The translations under genes and the position numbers were made by a program. From NCBI GenBank assembly GCA_949127665.1, contig CASBQE010000050.1:1-49248 (forward strand): a DNA stretch of 49,248 nucleotides, read 5' to 3'. Position 1 is the stretch's first letter. Each line of letters opens with the position of its first letter. The DNA is from Synechococcales cyanobacterium PMM_0083 (lineage in GTDB: Bacteria; Cyanobacteriota; Cyanobacteriia; Leptolyngbyales; Leptolyngbyaceae). Positions 39,925 through 49,248 of the stretch are shown piece after piece. The notes beneath the pieces were generated by a model. That model did not search any database. It was not told the DNA's origin and saw nothing but the letters and a program-made list of their open reading frames with translations.

Positions 39925-40560
39925 ATGGAGCGTAAACCAGCTAAACTGGCATCAAAAAATGCGGCATTGCCTTATCGCTATGTGCTGTTCTACAAGCCTT
40001 ACAACGTCCTTTGCCAGTTCATCGATTCGGAGGGCGATCGTCTTACTCTCAAGCCCTACATCCCCATTCCCGATATTTATGCCGTGGGTCGGCTCGATTA
40101 CGACAGTGAAGGGTTACTCTTGCTGACTAATCATGGACAGCTTCAGCATCGCCTGAGTGACCCAAGGTTTTGGCATCCCCGCACTTATTGGGTGCAAGTA
40201 GAGCGGGTGCCCGATGAAGCTGACCTTGAACACCTTCGACAAGGCATTGCCCTTCAAGATTACCAAACTCGCCCCGCCGCGATCGCACTATTGCCCAATG
40301 AACCGCCCCTGCCCCTTCGTGATCCGCCGATTCGCTTCCGCAAAAGCATTCCTACCGCTTGGCTAGAAATGACCCTAACGGAAGGACGCAATCGGCAAGT
40401 ACGACGGATGACTGCGGCGGTTGGCTTTCCCACACTGCGGCTGGTGCGGGTCGCGATCGCTGACCTCAGCGTCATAGGATTAGAGCCAGGACAGTGGCGT
40501 GAGTTAAGCTGCACCGAAGTTGCCGGACTGAAGAAATTATGTCGGCTCAGTGAAGTTTAA
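39925..40560 (+). CDS. rluE: rRNA pseudouridine synthase, RsuA/RluE family
   Basis: [54 protein letters not shown]. Confidence 0.88.
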   Translation: MERKPAKLASKNAALPYRYVLFYKPYNVLCQFIDSEGDRLTLKPYIPIPDIYAVGRLDYDSEGLLLLTNHGQLQHRLSDPRFWHPRTYWVQVERVPDEADLEHLRQGIALQDYQTRPAAIALLPNEPPLPLRDPPIRFRKSIPTAWLEMTLTEGRNRQVRRMTAAVGFPTLRLVRVAIADLSVIGLEPGQWRELSCTEVAGLKKLCRLSEV

Positions 40561-40947
40561 AGATGTTTTGTAGAAAATCCCTGAAATAGCCAGAATGCAC
40601 GAGTATCTGTTAATAGTTAGAAATGAAGTAATACGTCACTTGAACAGCGATCTCCTCTTGGAAGCCGTTTCCCAACGCTTAATAATCTGCAAATAATCTG
40701 TAAGTCAGAGATTTATTTGGCGAATCCTGTTTAAATAGATTAAACTCTCGTTTTCAGGTTTATCTGCTGAGGAAGCGTCTCAAAATTTTCCGACCCTGAA
40801 CATAGACAAGCGATTACAGTTTGTTGAAGAAAGGTAAAAGTTCTCCTCAAATGTGTTTTTGAGAAAGAGCGGAAAAGGCACTATTGAAATCGTTCCTGTG
40901 TGTGACATTAATCATTTGATCTGCCGGGAATTGAGGAAAAGTTCATC

Positions 40948-42972
40948 ATGCTGGTTTGTCCCCATTGTCAGTTTGAAAATCCTACAGCAAACAAGTTTTG
41001 CCAAAAGTGTGGAACTTCTTTAGTGCAAAACACTTGCCCTGAGTGCAGCAGCCTTGTGCCATTCGACCAGATGAATTGCCACGTCTGTGATGCGATCGCC
41101 GGAGTTACGTGGTGGGCAATTTTATCGGCTCACTATCCTGCTGTCGAGCCAGCTTCAACGGATAATGCAACTTTAGCAACGGGCGGCAATGGCTATTTAG
41201 ATCTCCAGCAACGCTACAAGCTGATCGAGGCGCTTCCGGCAACCGATGACTTGGGAGAGCGCCAACTACAAGTGCTAGACTGCCAACCCTTTCAGTTGTC
41301 TTTGTTAGAAGCGTTGGTGTTGCAACAAGACTCAAACGAAGCACCGCAGAACCCAGCTTTAGAATTTGCCACTCCAGGGGCAGAAGGCTGGACAGACTCA
41401 ATGAATGCATTGGCTATCCCAGAAGTTGCTCAGCCCTATGTTGCCCTCAATCGCGATCTTTATCCGGTCTTGCCAGCAATCCACAACGCCTGGAAATGGA
41501 ACGATCAAGATGTATTGCTGCTAGAAGACCGCTCTCACTTTCCGCTTTTAATGGAGGTGTGGTGCGATCAAGAGCGGTTTCCGCCGCTGCTGCAAGTGCT
41601 GCAATGGCTCTATGAAATGACGGAACTGTGGCAGGCGTTAGAACCCTGGCAGTGCCAGCAGAGTGTTTTAATTTCCAGCAACCTCCGGGCAGATGCCGAG
41701 GATGATACGCTGCTGCTACAACGGCTTTATGCTAACCCACCGGGGCAACTGCTGACGCTCCACCATTTAGGTAAGCATTGGCAGGCAATGTTTGCAGAAT
41801 CTCAGCGGACTCAGCTAGAACCTATTTCTCAATTTTTAGCGGATGTGGAAGATGGCACTTTGAAAACGGTGAAGGCAGTGCGATCGCGGATTGAAGCGAT
41901 CGCCGACTCCTTACAGCCCGACACCTCACCGCCAACCCAGCCTCTAGAGCCATTGATTAACCCTGTAGCAGCCGCCCCAAATCTTGACAATCTCAATGGA
42001 ATAACCGACCCGCAAAGCGACGCTCCAACTGATGGTATGGCAGTTACCCTTCCGCCCGAAGAAGATGACGACGACGATTCACTAGATAACGACGATATGC
42101 CAACCATCGTCCTCCCCATGCAGCTTTTCAATTTAGAAGAAGTGGGACGCACCGATGTGGGGCGACAACGAGATCACAACGAAGACTACTTTGGACTCGA
42201 CATTCAAGTGAGCAAGCTAGAAAGCCCATCTGGTAAAACAATTCATGCTCGTAATCTTTACATTCTGTGTGACGGTATGGGTGGTCATGCCAGCGGTGAA
42301 GTTGCCAGTGCCCTCGCGGTAGACACAATTCGCAGCTATTTCAAAGAGAAATGGCAAGCATCTCCTTTTCCTAGCGCTGGCATTAATGATTTGCCCAATG
42401 TTGCCATGATGACGGAAGCTGTTCTGACTGCCAACAAAGCGATCTATGATGTGAACCAGGAAAACGCTCGCTCTGGCAGTGGACGCATGGGGACAACTCT
42501 GGTGATAGTGCTGATTCAAGACACCGAAGTGGCAGTTGCCCATGTGGGAGATAGCCGACTTTATCGCTACACCCGCAAACGTGGCTTGGAGCAGATAACG
42601 GTAGACCATGAAGTGGGTCAGCGAGAAATTCAACGAGGCATCGATCCTGATGTTGCCTACAGTCGCCCAGATGCCTACCAGTTAACTCAGGCACTTGGAC
42701 CACGGGATGAACCCTTTGTTAAACCGGATATCCAGTTTTTTGAAATCAATGAAGATATGATCTTGCTGCTCTGTTCCGATGGATTATCTGATAATGATCT
42801 GCTGGAAAATCATTGGGAGACCCACGTACAGCCGTTACTCAGTTCTCAAACTAACCTGGATAAGGGCGTGGGAGAACTGATTGAACTGGCGAATAGCTAC
42901 AATGGTCATGACAATATCTCCGCGATCGCCATTCGTGCAAAAGTGCGCCCCAGTCTAGAACATCTGCGATAA
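40948..42972 (+). CDS. PP2C-family Ser/Thr phosphatase with N-terminal double zinc ribbon
   Basis: Four CxxC motifs; RDHNED, CDGMGGH, MGTT, HVGDSR, CSDGL, GHDNIS. Confidence 0.93.
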   Translation: MLVCPHCQFENPTANKFCQKCGTSLVQNTCPECSSLVPFDQMNCHVCDAIAGVTWWAILSAHYPAVEPASTDNATLATGGNGYLDLQQRYKLIEALPATDDLGERQLQVLDCQPFQLSLLEALVLQQDSNEAPQNPALEFATPGAEGWTDSMNALAIPEVAQPYVALNRDLYPVLPAIHNAWKWNDQDVLLLEDRSHFPLLMEVWCDQERFPPLLQVLQWLYEMTELWQALEPWQCQQSVLISSNLRADAEDDTLLLQRLYANPPGQLLTLHHLGKHWQAMFAESQRTQLEPISQFLADVEDGTLKTVKAVRSRIEAIADSLQPDTSPPTQPLEPLINPVAAAPNLDNLNGITDPQSDAPTDGMAVTLPPEEDDDDDSLDNDDMPTIVLPMQLFNLEEVGRTDVGRQRDHNEDYFGLDIQVSKLESPSGKTIHARNLYILCDGMGGHASGEVASALAVDTIRSYFKEKWQASPFPSAGINDLPNVAMMTEAVLTANKAIYDVNQENARSGSGRMGTTLVIVLIQDTEVAVAHVGDSRLYRYTRKRGLEQITVDHEVGQREIQRGIDPDVAYSRPDAYQLTQALGPRDEPFVKPDIQFFEINEDMILLLCSDGLSDNDLLENHWETHVQPLLSSQTNLDKGVGELIELANSYNGHDNISAIAIRAKVRPSLEHLR

Positions 42973-43008
42973 GCTAGCTTTCCAATTCACGGTGTCTTAC
43001 CTCAATTC

Positions 43009-44352
43009 ATGGCAGCCAGTCCGCTAAGGGTTGTTTTAACTCTATTGCATCCTCAAAATCGCACTCCTCTGCGGCAATGGCAGTTTGACCATGAAACGAT
43101 CATTCAGATTGGGCGCGCACCCAATAACCAGGTGGTGTTGGGTGAGGCAGTCGTCTCACGGCAGCACTTGGAGCTTCGCCGAGTCGAGGCTCAATCAGGA
43201 TCAGCTCCAGCAGTGGCGAGTTGGCAGTTAATCAACCACAGCAACAACGGCACGTTTATTAATGGAGAAGCGATCGCCGAAAAACTGTTGATCAACGATA
43301 CGCTGATTCAGCTTGCCCAAAATGGACCCATTCTCCGGTTCCAAATGGCGCTAATTCCAACCTCACCCATTGCAACTCAGCCACGCCCATCTACTGAGCC
43401 TGCGATTCGTGAAATTATTCCTAAGAGCATCGCGGCTTCATTCACGCCTTTACCCACTGGAGGGCAGTCTGCACCAACTCGTTGCACCCACACAGGCAAT
43501 CCTTCTGATAATTTGTTTTGTATTCACTGCGGGCAGCCGATTCGAGTAGACAAAACCGTCCGCCAGTATCAAGTTTTGCGGGTTTTGGGTCGAGGTGGCA
43601 TGGGCACTACTTATTTAGTCTGGAACCCAACTGGCTTATCAAAATTGAGCGGAATGCCGGATGGAAAGCTGCAAGTGCTAAAGGAAATGAATGCCGATGT
43701 AGCGCGGATTCCTAAAGCGCAAGAACTGTTTGAGCGAGAAGCCAATACGCTAAAAACGCTGACTCATCCCGGCATTCCTCGCTATTACGATTTTTTTGTT
43801 GAAGCGGACAAAAAATATCTGGTAATGGAATTAATTCATGGGCAAGATTTAGAGAGGCGCGTTCGCCAACAAGGAGCGGTTTCGCCTCAAGAAGCGATCG
43901 CCTGGATGGTGCAGGTTTGCGAAGTGTTGACCTATCTGCACACTCGCCCAACGCCAATCATTCACCGGGATATTAAACCTGGCAATCTGCTAGTTCGCAA
44001 TCTGGATAACCAAATTGTTGTGCTAGATTTTGGTGCCGTGAAAGCACTGGCGATCGCGCCAGGTACTCGAATTGGCGCAGAAGGCTATAGCGCACCGGAA
44101 CAAGTTCAGGGGCGACCAGTGCCTCAGTCAGATTTGTATGCGATCGCTCCAACGCTTGTGTTTTTGCTGACCAGCATTAGTCCTCAGCGATTTTACAAAA
44201 AACAGGGAAGAGCAATGCGGTTGCAGCTAGAGGGCGAGGCGCGAATTCCCGAAAATTTGAAGGCGGTGATTGAACAAGTGACAGCAGTGGATGTGAGCGA
44301 TCGCTATCAGACTGCCCAAGAACTGAGTCAGGCACTCAAAGCGTGTCTATAA
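43009..44352 (+). CDS. FHA-domain Ser/Thr protein kinase
   Basis: IGRAP..VSRQH..SNNGTFING (FHA); GRGGMG, VLKE, HRDIKPGN, DFG, APE. Confidence 0.94.
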   Translation: MAASPLRVVLTLLHPQNRTPLRQWQFDHETIIQIGRAPNNQVVLGEAVVSRQHLELRRVEAQSGSAPAVASWQLINHSNNGTFINGEAIAEKLLINDTLIQLAQNGPILRFQMALIPTSPIATQPRPSTEPAIREIIPKSIAASFTPLPTGGQSAPTRCTHTGNPSDNLFCIHCGQPIRVDKTVRQYQVLRVLGRGGMGTTYLVWNPTGLSKLSGMPDGKLQVLKEMNADVARIPKAQELFEREANTLKTLTHPGIPRYYDFFVEADKKYLVMELIHGQDLERRVRQQGAVSPQEAIAWMVQVCEVLTYLHTRPTPIIHRDIKPGNLLVRNLDNQIVVLDFGAVKALAIAPGTRIGAEGYSAPEQVQGRPVPQSDLYAIAPTLVFLLTSISPQRFYKKQGRAMRLQLEGEARIPENLKAVIEQVTAVDVSDRYQTAQELSQALKACL

Positions 44353-44377
44353 ATTTATAAGCTTAAATTTATAAGCT
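44350..44377. repeat. 14-bp tandem duplication between convergent stop codons
   Basis: taaatttataagct twice. Confidence 0.85.
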
Positions 44378-44384
44378 CAAGCGG

Positions 44385-44621
44385 CTACTCTTCGTCATCC
44401 CACCGTTCCACCAGCATTAGCTCGCTGACTGGATCTTGCATTGTAAATTCGTAATCGAGCAGTTCTTGCTTTAAGAACGCCCAATCATTGCCATAAAGTA
44501 ATGCGATTTTCCAAATGCTGTCGGATGGTTTGAGTAGTTTACGTTCAACCAGCGATCGTACTTGACGCTGCAACTTAGCCAGCGGGTGAATAACCTGCTG
44601 ATTCATATCATCTGTAATCAT
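44385..44621 (-). CDS. DUF4327 family protein
   Basis: HP..KLQRQVRSLV..LKPSDSIWKIA.LYG.DW..K.EL....F.MQDP pattern. Start may be the second Met. Confidence 0.8.
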   Translation of the reverse strand: MITDDMNQQVIHPLAKLQRQVRSLVERKLLKPSDSIWKIALLYGNDWAFLKQELLDYEFTMQDPVSELMLVERWDDEE

Positions 44622-44949
44622 GGATTAATGGTGTGAATTCCTAACAACTAGCTTGCTAAAAGCTGCTCCGAAAATTTATTGAACGGGCTGCAAAGTTACA
44701 GATTTCAAAGTCTTTCAGTCGGCTTTGGCTACTTTTGAACATTGTTCCTTGACAAACCAAATGTTCTTGTAGCCCTATAGAAGCATCGATTTCAGCTACT
44801 GATATTAGCACACCCCGATGTTAGCGCAAGCCTTTTTGAAAAATGCCCTTCTCAGGAGAGAGATAACCGCCATTGGGGCGTTACGGGTAGAAAAAGTTAG
44901 TGATTATGAAGTGCAAATGTGAACTGCGAGTAGGAAGGGTAGAGCGTTT

Positions 44950-46146
44950 TCAAGATGAGTACCAAATAGATTCAATCTGGTGAGCGATCGCGCTGCGCAC
45001 AGCGGAGTCCGCGATCGCCTGATCTTGCAATGTTTCAGCTTCATTCAACAGCACCGTCACATGTCCTAACTTGCGCCCCAGACGAGATTCTGTTTTGCCA
45101 TACCAGTGGAGGTGCGCTTGGGGAATGGCTGCCAGTGCTTGTCGCTTAATTGCATAATCGCTCTCAGATTGCTCATAGCCCAACAAATTCACCATGACGG
45201 CTCCGGCTGTAGTCATGGTGGCATCGCCCAACGGTAACCCACAAATTGCTTTTAACTGCTGCTCAAACTGAGACGTGGCGCAGGCATCCAGGGTGTAGTG
45301 TCCAGAATTATGGGTGCGGGGTGCAATTTCGTTAATCAATACCGTCCCGTCTTTTGTTAGGAAAAACTCAATGCCAAAAATGCCGACCACTTGCAGGTGA
45401 GTCAGCAAGGTGCGAACACTTGTTTCAATCAACGTCGTGATGGCTGGATTAATAGTCGCGGGCGCAATCACTCGACGACAGACCTGATTCTCTTGCTGCG
45501 TTTCCACAATCGGGTAGATGACAATGTCTCCATTCAGCGATCGCGCAGCCATCACAGCAAGTTCGCGCTCAAAAGGGACAAACTTTTCCAAAAGCACAGG
45601 CACCGATGCCAAGTGAGCCAGCGTCGCTGCTAATTTGGCGGCACTGTGAACCACGAAAGTGCCCTGCCCATCGTAGCCGTGCCGCCGGGTTTTAAGAACT
45701 ACTGGAAAAGTAGATGGAAACGAGTCTGCATAAGGAAGTAATTCTGTCAGCGTGAAAGCAGGCGTGGGCAATCCCAGGCTTTCCATCAACGTTCGCTGAT
45801 CGTATTTGTCGAGCAACGGGCGCAAAGCATCCAGGCTAGGACGAAAACAGGTGCCTTGCTGGGCAAGATGTGTCAATGCTTCAAGATCAACAAATTCATT
45901 TTCAAAAGTGATCACGTCGCACTGAGCGGCAAGCTGAGCGGTGGCGATCGCATCATCCACAGGCGCAAGGATAGTTTGGGTGGCGATCGCCACTGCTGGA
46001 TCGGTATTATTCGGCGTTTGCACCCAGAGTTCAACCCCCAGTTTCTCAGCGGCTTCTGCCATCATCCAGGCAAGTTGCCCGCCGCCAATTACTCCCACTC
46101 GTTGCACCAAGTTTCGCGAAGATGCCGCAGAATCTGGGAAAACCAT
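44950..46146 (-). CDS. purK: N5-carboxyaminoimidazole ribonucleotide synthase
   Basis: IGGGQLAWM, TFENE, GYDGQG, NEIAPRTHNSGH, YGK..R.GRKLGH. Confidence 0.96.
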   Translation of the reverse strand: MVFPDSAASSRNLVQRVGVIGGGQLAWMMAEAAEKLGVELWVQTPNNTDPAVAIATQTILAPVDDAIATAQLAAQCDVITFENEFVDLEALTHLAQQGTCFRPSLDALRPLLDKYDQRTLMESLGLPTPAFTLTELLPYADSFPSTFPVVLKTRRHGYDGQGTFVVHSAAKLAATLAHLASVPVLLEKFVPFERELAVMAARSLNGDIVIYPIVETQQENQVCRRVIAPATINPAITTLIETSVRTLLTHLQVVGIFGIEFFLTKDGTVLINEIAPRTHNSGHYTLDACATSQFEQQLKAICGLPLGDATMTTAGAVMVNLLGYEQSESDYAIKRQALAAIPQAHLHWYGKTESRLGRKLGHVTVLLNEAETLQDQAIADSAVRSAIAHQIESIWYSS

Positions 46147-46221
46147 TAGTACTGACCTATCTCTGGATCAAAAAAGAACTCGCTTAGGATCATGGATTTA
46201 ATAACATCGAACATTCCGGCT

Positions 46222-46312
46222 GTACGGGCGGAGCATTCGGTAGATGGTTCTGCTTGAGTTGCAAGGATTTTTGCCCGTAGTTTGCTTCCCGCAGGGTATG
46301 CTACGCCCTTAC
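46222..46312. mobile_element. REPIN/MITE-like inverted repeat element with nested 19-bp insertion
   Basis: Left arm gtacgggcggagcattcgg; right arm ccgta[gtttgcttcccgcagggta]tgctacgcccttac; 16/19 complementary once the insert is removed. Confidence 0.6.
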
Positions 46313-46342
46313 CAAATCTCGACCTTGTTTAATTTTCATTGC

Positions 46343-46888
46343 TTAGGAAAGACAACCGAGAGACTCCCGCGTGGATATCCCAGTTTTAGAGTTTACACCG
46401 TCAGCCGTTTTGCACAACTGCCGAATTTGAGCGCCATCTAGAATGGCATCGGTAAAATCTGCCCCGGTAATCTTTGGATGATCAAAGGTCGTGCGCAGCA
46501 AGATGGCATTGACTAAAACGGCATCTTGCAGGTTGGTGCGAGTCATTTTTACTTGATCCATCATGGATTGGGTCAGGTCGGCACCTTGCAAATTGGTTTC
46601 GACCATAGTGGAGGCACTCAGCACGGCACCGATCAAATCTGCGTTGGCGAAATTCGTCCCGTTTAGATTCGCATTGGAGAATTCTGCCACGCGCAGGTTT
46701 TGCCCAGAAAAATCCTGATTTTTTAACTCAGCATTGCTGTAAGACGGCGGCGGCGCATATTGCTTCGTATATTTTTCCCCAACAGGCGCGGCATTGGCTG
46801 GCAGAGTGCCGCACAGAAGGACGATCGCGCATAGCGTTCCAATGAACCAACGAATAGGACGCAGCGAAGATAGATGATGATTTGGCAT
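46343..46888 (-). CDS. Secreted or lumenal pentapeptide repeat protein
   Basis: Signal peptide (ANA|A), A(D/N)Lxx repeats, C-terminal [17 protein letters not shown]. Start uncertain (46948 in track). Confidence 0.88.
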   Translation of the reverse strand: MPNHHLSSLRPIRWFIGTLCAIVLLCGTLPANAAPVGEKYTKQYAPPPSYSNAELKNQDFSGQNLRVAEFSNANLNGTNFANADLIGAVLSASTMVETNLQGADLTQSMMDQVKMTRTNLQDAVLVNAILLRTTFDHPKITGADFTDAILDGAQIRQLCKTADGVNSKTGISTRESLGCLS

Positions 46889-46953
46889 GGGCAGCGATCG
46901 CGACAGAGCATCTTTCAGTGTAGTCATTCTGCTGTACCAAATCATCAAGTGCT

Positions 46954-47733
46954 TTAAGTCATTGGGATAACTTGCCCGGTGTATTCTTGCTCAGCTTGGG
47001 CGATCGCGATGGTGACGGCTCCGGGATGATCGGTGAGGCGAAAGACTTGTTTAGGAATGATGAGCCGAGAGACGAGAGGCAAGGGGCAAAAGGGATGTGA
47101 AGACGTGAGGTAATCTGAAGCGGCGATAATAGCGGCGGCTTCGGCGACGCTCGGTGTTGCCATTTTGGAGTTGACGCGGGTGGAGGGATTGGGAACCGAG
47201 ATCGCCCTGAGCGCTTCGGCTGAAAAGCATCTGAGCGGCAGGTTATGAGCGCGGCAGTATTCTACCAGTTGAACTTCATCGGCTTTTCGATCAAGGGTGG
47301 CAATTCCGGCGATCGCTCCTGCTGCCAAGTGACGCGATCGCAATGCTTGTTGGATGGCAGAGGCAATCACCGTTTGAGCGGTGCCGCGTTTGCATCCTAA
47401 ACCGATCCACAGCACTCGTGGATGCCACTGCACTTTCGGCAATTCGACACCATCCGCAAAGCGCCGCTGAATCGGGCTAATCCAGACTCGTGCTTTGGGA
47501 ATCGGTCGCTGTTCTCGACCCTCGGCAGTGAATTCTGGAAACCCAAACTGAAACGGGTGCTGATTGGGCAAGGCGGTCTGCCACAAGGTTGATCCGGCTT
47601 CTTGAATGATTTGCACCGAATCTCCACGGGCGATCGCGGCACTGACCCCCGCCCAATCTCCGGTTCCTTGCCGCCAACCAAAAGGTATCCCCAGTCGATC
47701 AATTTCCGGCAAGATTGAGATGGCGTTGGTCAT
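46954..47733 (-). CDS. cbiG: Cobalamin biosynthesis CbiG-like protein (middle plus C-terminal domains only)
   Basis: [45 protein letters not shown]. Confidence 0.75.
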   Translation of the reverse strand: MTNAISILPEIDRLGIPFGWRQGTGDWAGVSAAIARGDSVQIIQEAGSTLWQTALPNQHPFQFGFPEFTAEGREQRPIPKARVWISPIQRRFADGVELPKVQWHPRVLWIGLGCKRGTAQTVIASAIQQALRSRHLAAGAIAGIATLDRKADEVQLVEYCRAHNLPLRCFSAEALRAISVPNPSTRVNSKMATPSVAEAAAIIAASDYLTSSHPFCPLPLVSRLIIPKQVFRLTDHPGAVTIAIAQAEQEYTGQVIPMT

Positions 47734-47767
47734 TCGTTTGCCCGGATCGTTTGTTGATCAACCTTGC

Positions 47768-47794
47768 AAAAAGCCCCTCCTAGTGGAAGGGCTT
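47768..47794 (-). terminator. Intrinsic terminator of sodB
   Basis: Minus strand AAGCCCTTCC-ACTA-GGAGGGGCTT-TTT. Confidence 0.75.
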
Positions 47795-47823
47795 GCTTTA
47801 ATTAAATAGATGAAATGACGAAC

Positions 47824-48423
47824 TTATGCAGCTAGGTTAGCAGCAGCAAAATCCCAGTTCACCAAGTTATCTAAGTAGTTTTTGATGAAAGCGGGTCGAG
47901 CATTGCGGAAATCGATGTAGTAGGCATGTTCCCACACATCCAACGTCAGCAAAGCCTTTTGACCTTCCGCCACGGGGTCAACCGCATTGGAAGTTTTGGT
48001 CACTTTCAAGGTGCCATTATCATCAATCAACCACGCCCAACCGCTGCCAAACTGAGTGGTTGCTGCCGCCGTAAACTCTTCCTTAAATTTGTCAAAGCTG
48101 CCAAAATCTTTGTCAATCCGAGCGGCAAGATCGCCTGTAGGAGCGCCGCCGCCACTGGGCTTGAGGCAGCTCCAAAAGAACGTGTGGTTCCAAACTTGGG
48201 CAGCGTTGTTAAACACACCCTGTTTGCTAGCGTCGTTATAGGTCACTTTGATGACTTCTTCCAAGGGCAAGTTTGCCAATTCGGTGTCAGCAGTGAGCTT
48301 GTTTAAGTTGTCCACATAGGTTTTGTGGTGCTTGCCATAATGGTATTCAAATGTTTCAGCTTTCATACCATGCGTTTCTAGCGCGTTAAAGTCGTAGGGG
48401 AGCGGTTCCTGTTCAAATGCCAT
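47824..48423 (-). CDS. sodB: Superoxide dismutase [Fe]
   Basis: HYGKHH, NNAAQVWNHTFFW (Fe-type AAQ), DVWEHAYY. Confidence 0.96.
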   Translation of the reverse strand: MAFEQEPLPYDFNALETHGMKAETFEYHYGKHHKTYVDNLNKLTADTELANLPLEEVIKVTYNDASKQGVFNNAAQVWNHTFFWSCLKPSGGGAPTGDLAARIDKDFGSFDKFKEEFTAAATTQFGSGWAWLIDDNGTLKVTKTSNAVDPVAEGQKALLTLDVWEHAYYIDFRNARPAFIKNYLDNLVNWDFAAANLAA

Positions 48424-48642
48424 GGGTTCTTCTCTCTACTAAATCTAGGATCAGGATCTAAAGCCTTTCTGCAAGGTCGTTACCTGGACGGATTACACGT
48501 TCCGCAATCGGAACCTCTCATCTAGCAGAAACAGAACTTTACAACTAGATTCTAATGCGAAACGACCATTTCAGGGAACGTCCACGAAGTTGATTTAAGA
48601 GCGATTAATGTATGAAATATAAGGTGTGTGGGCAATTAGGAG

Positions 48643-49248
48643 ATGGCACTGGTGAAGCAGGGGTGGAAGAGTAGCGGGATGTATCGACAAGTGCTGGGAT
48701 TAGCAGCAATGAGTTGGGCATTGATATCCTTAGGTAGCTGCACGCCAGAAGGCGGATTAGTGAGTGAAACTGAGTGTGCCGAGGCGATCGCCCGTGCCAC
48801 TCAAGCATGGCGAGTGAATTACTACAGCGATCGCACTCGCCAAAATCCCAATAATCAGCGGCTTGTTGAGTTTGGCAGTGCCGAATTGATCACTCGCAAT
48901 GGCAAAGTAGAACCGCCCAAGTCGTCAACGAAACCCACAGAACCCGGTACTCAGAAAAACGGTGTGTGGTATCCAGCGGTGCCGCCCCAACCGACCGCTA
49001 GCGAACTGGCAGAAAGTCGCCAAACGGGAGAACGGATTGGCTCACCGGAGCTTTACCGAGCTGTGAAATATACCTTGGTATGCAATGCGGGAGAACTGGA
49101 AGCCAGAGCAGGCACTTATCAGACTGCGCTCAAGCAAATCCAATCGGAGCAGTCAGTGCAGGTAACCTACAGCATGGGACGGGTGCTGAGAACGCTTCTG
49201 CCCAGTGATGCCGTGATTGGCAATAATCCTGAGCCAGAATGGACTCCA
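48643..49248 (+). CDS. Hypothetical lipoprotein, runs off the window end; not in ORF track
   Basis: AGGAG then ATG 48643; 202 open codons; signal peptide with lipobox LGS|C. Confidence 0.75.
   Translation, partial: MALVKQGWKSSGMYRQVLGLAAMSWALISLGSCTPEGGLVSETECAEAIARATQAWRVNYYSDRTRQNPNNQRLVEFGSAELITRNGKVEPPKSSTKPTEPGTQKNGVWYPAVPPQPTASELAESRQTGERIGSPELYRAVKYTLVCNAGELEARAGTYQTALKQIQSEQSVQVTYSMGRVLRTLLPSDAVIGNNPEPEWTP

Larger units (their letters stand above)
1..49248. repeat. HIP1 octamer GCGATCGC dispersed throughout
   Basis: Many copies, e.g. 328, 17654, 17764; a cyanobacterial hallmark. Confidence 0.95.

Noticed and set aside
46150-46340. 6S RNA (ssrS) or a purine riboswitch next to purK
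   Set aside because: Some rod-like pairing is possible, but I could not match 6S or riboswitch consensus motifs and the REP-like inverted repeat explains most of the structure. An Rfam scan would settle it.
185-48808. Numerous short ORFs nested in or antisense to long genes
   Set aside because: Shadow frames of well-supported CDSs with no independent evidence.
1-49248. CRISPR array, transposase, prophage or defence genes
   Set aside because: No regularly spaced repeats or such ORFs seen.

Overview
Chromosomal window from a cyanobacterium, probably a non-heterocystous filamentous lineage (inferred). Evidence for the phylum: dense HIP1 octamers GCGATCGC, petL, ndhL and an intron-containing tRNA-Leu(UAA). 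Most of the window is housekeeping: a B12-radical SAM/DUF2344 fusion, rne-rnhB, pheA, tig-clpP-clpX, asd-dapA-rnj, surE/era, aroB/petL, ndhL-DUF3007-trpA, rluE, a PP2C plus FHA-kinase pair, purK, a partial cbiG and sodB. The stand-out is a ~13 kb, six-gene co-oriented cell-surface cluster (27103-39900). It encodes a DUF11/SdrD-B adaptor, a large predicted outer-membrane beta-barrel protein, a beta-helix/OmpA protein and three paralogous CBM-like/DUF11 proteins. The three paralogs end in a DUF11-like Ig domain that keeps the conserved Lys and Asp but lacks the final Asn-bearing hairpin. The adaptor carries such an orphan hairpin at its mature N-terminus. This suggests a donor-strand, possibly isopeptide-locked, display system; that model is inference. 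Other oddities: a 400-nt group I intron with heptamer repeats, surE and era start codons sharing one CATG, a REPIN-like element with a nested 19-bp insertion, and two genes missed by the ORF track (petL and a terminal lipoprotein). All family calls are by eye; no searches were run.
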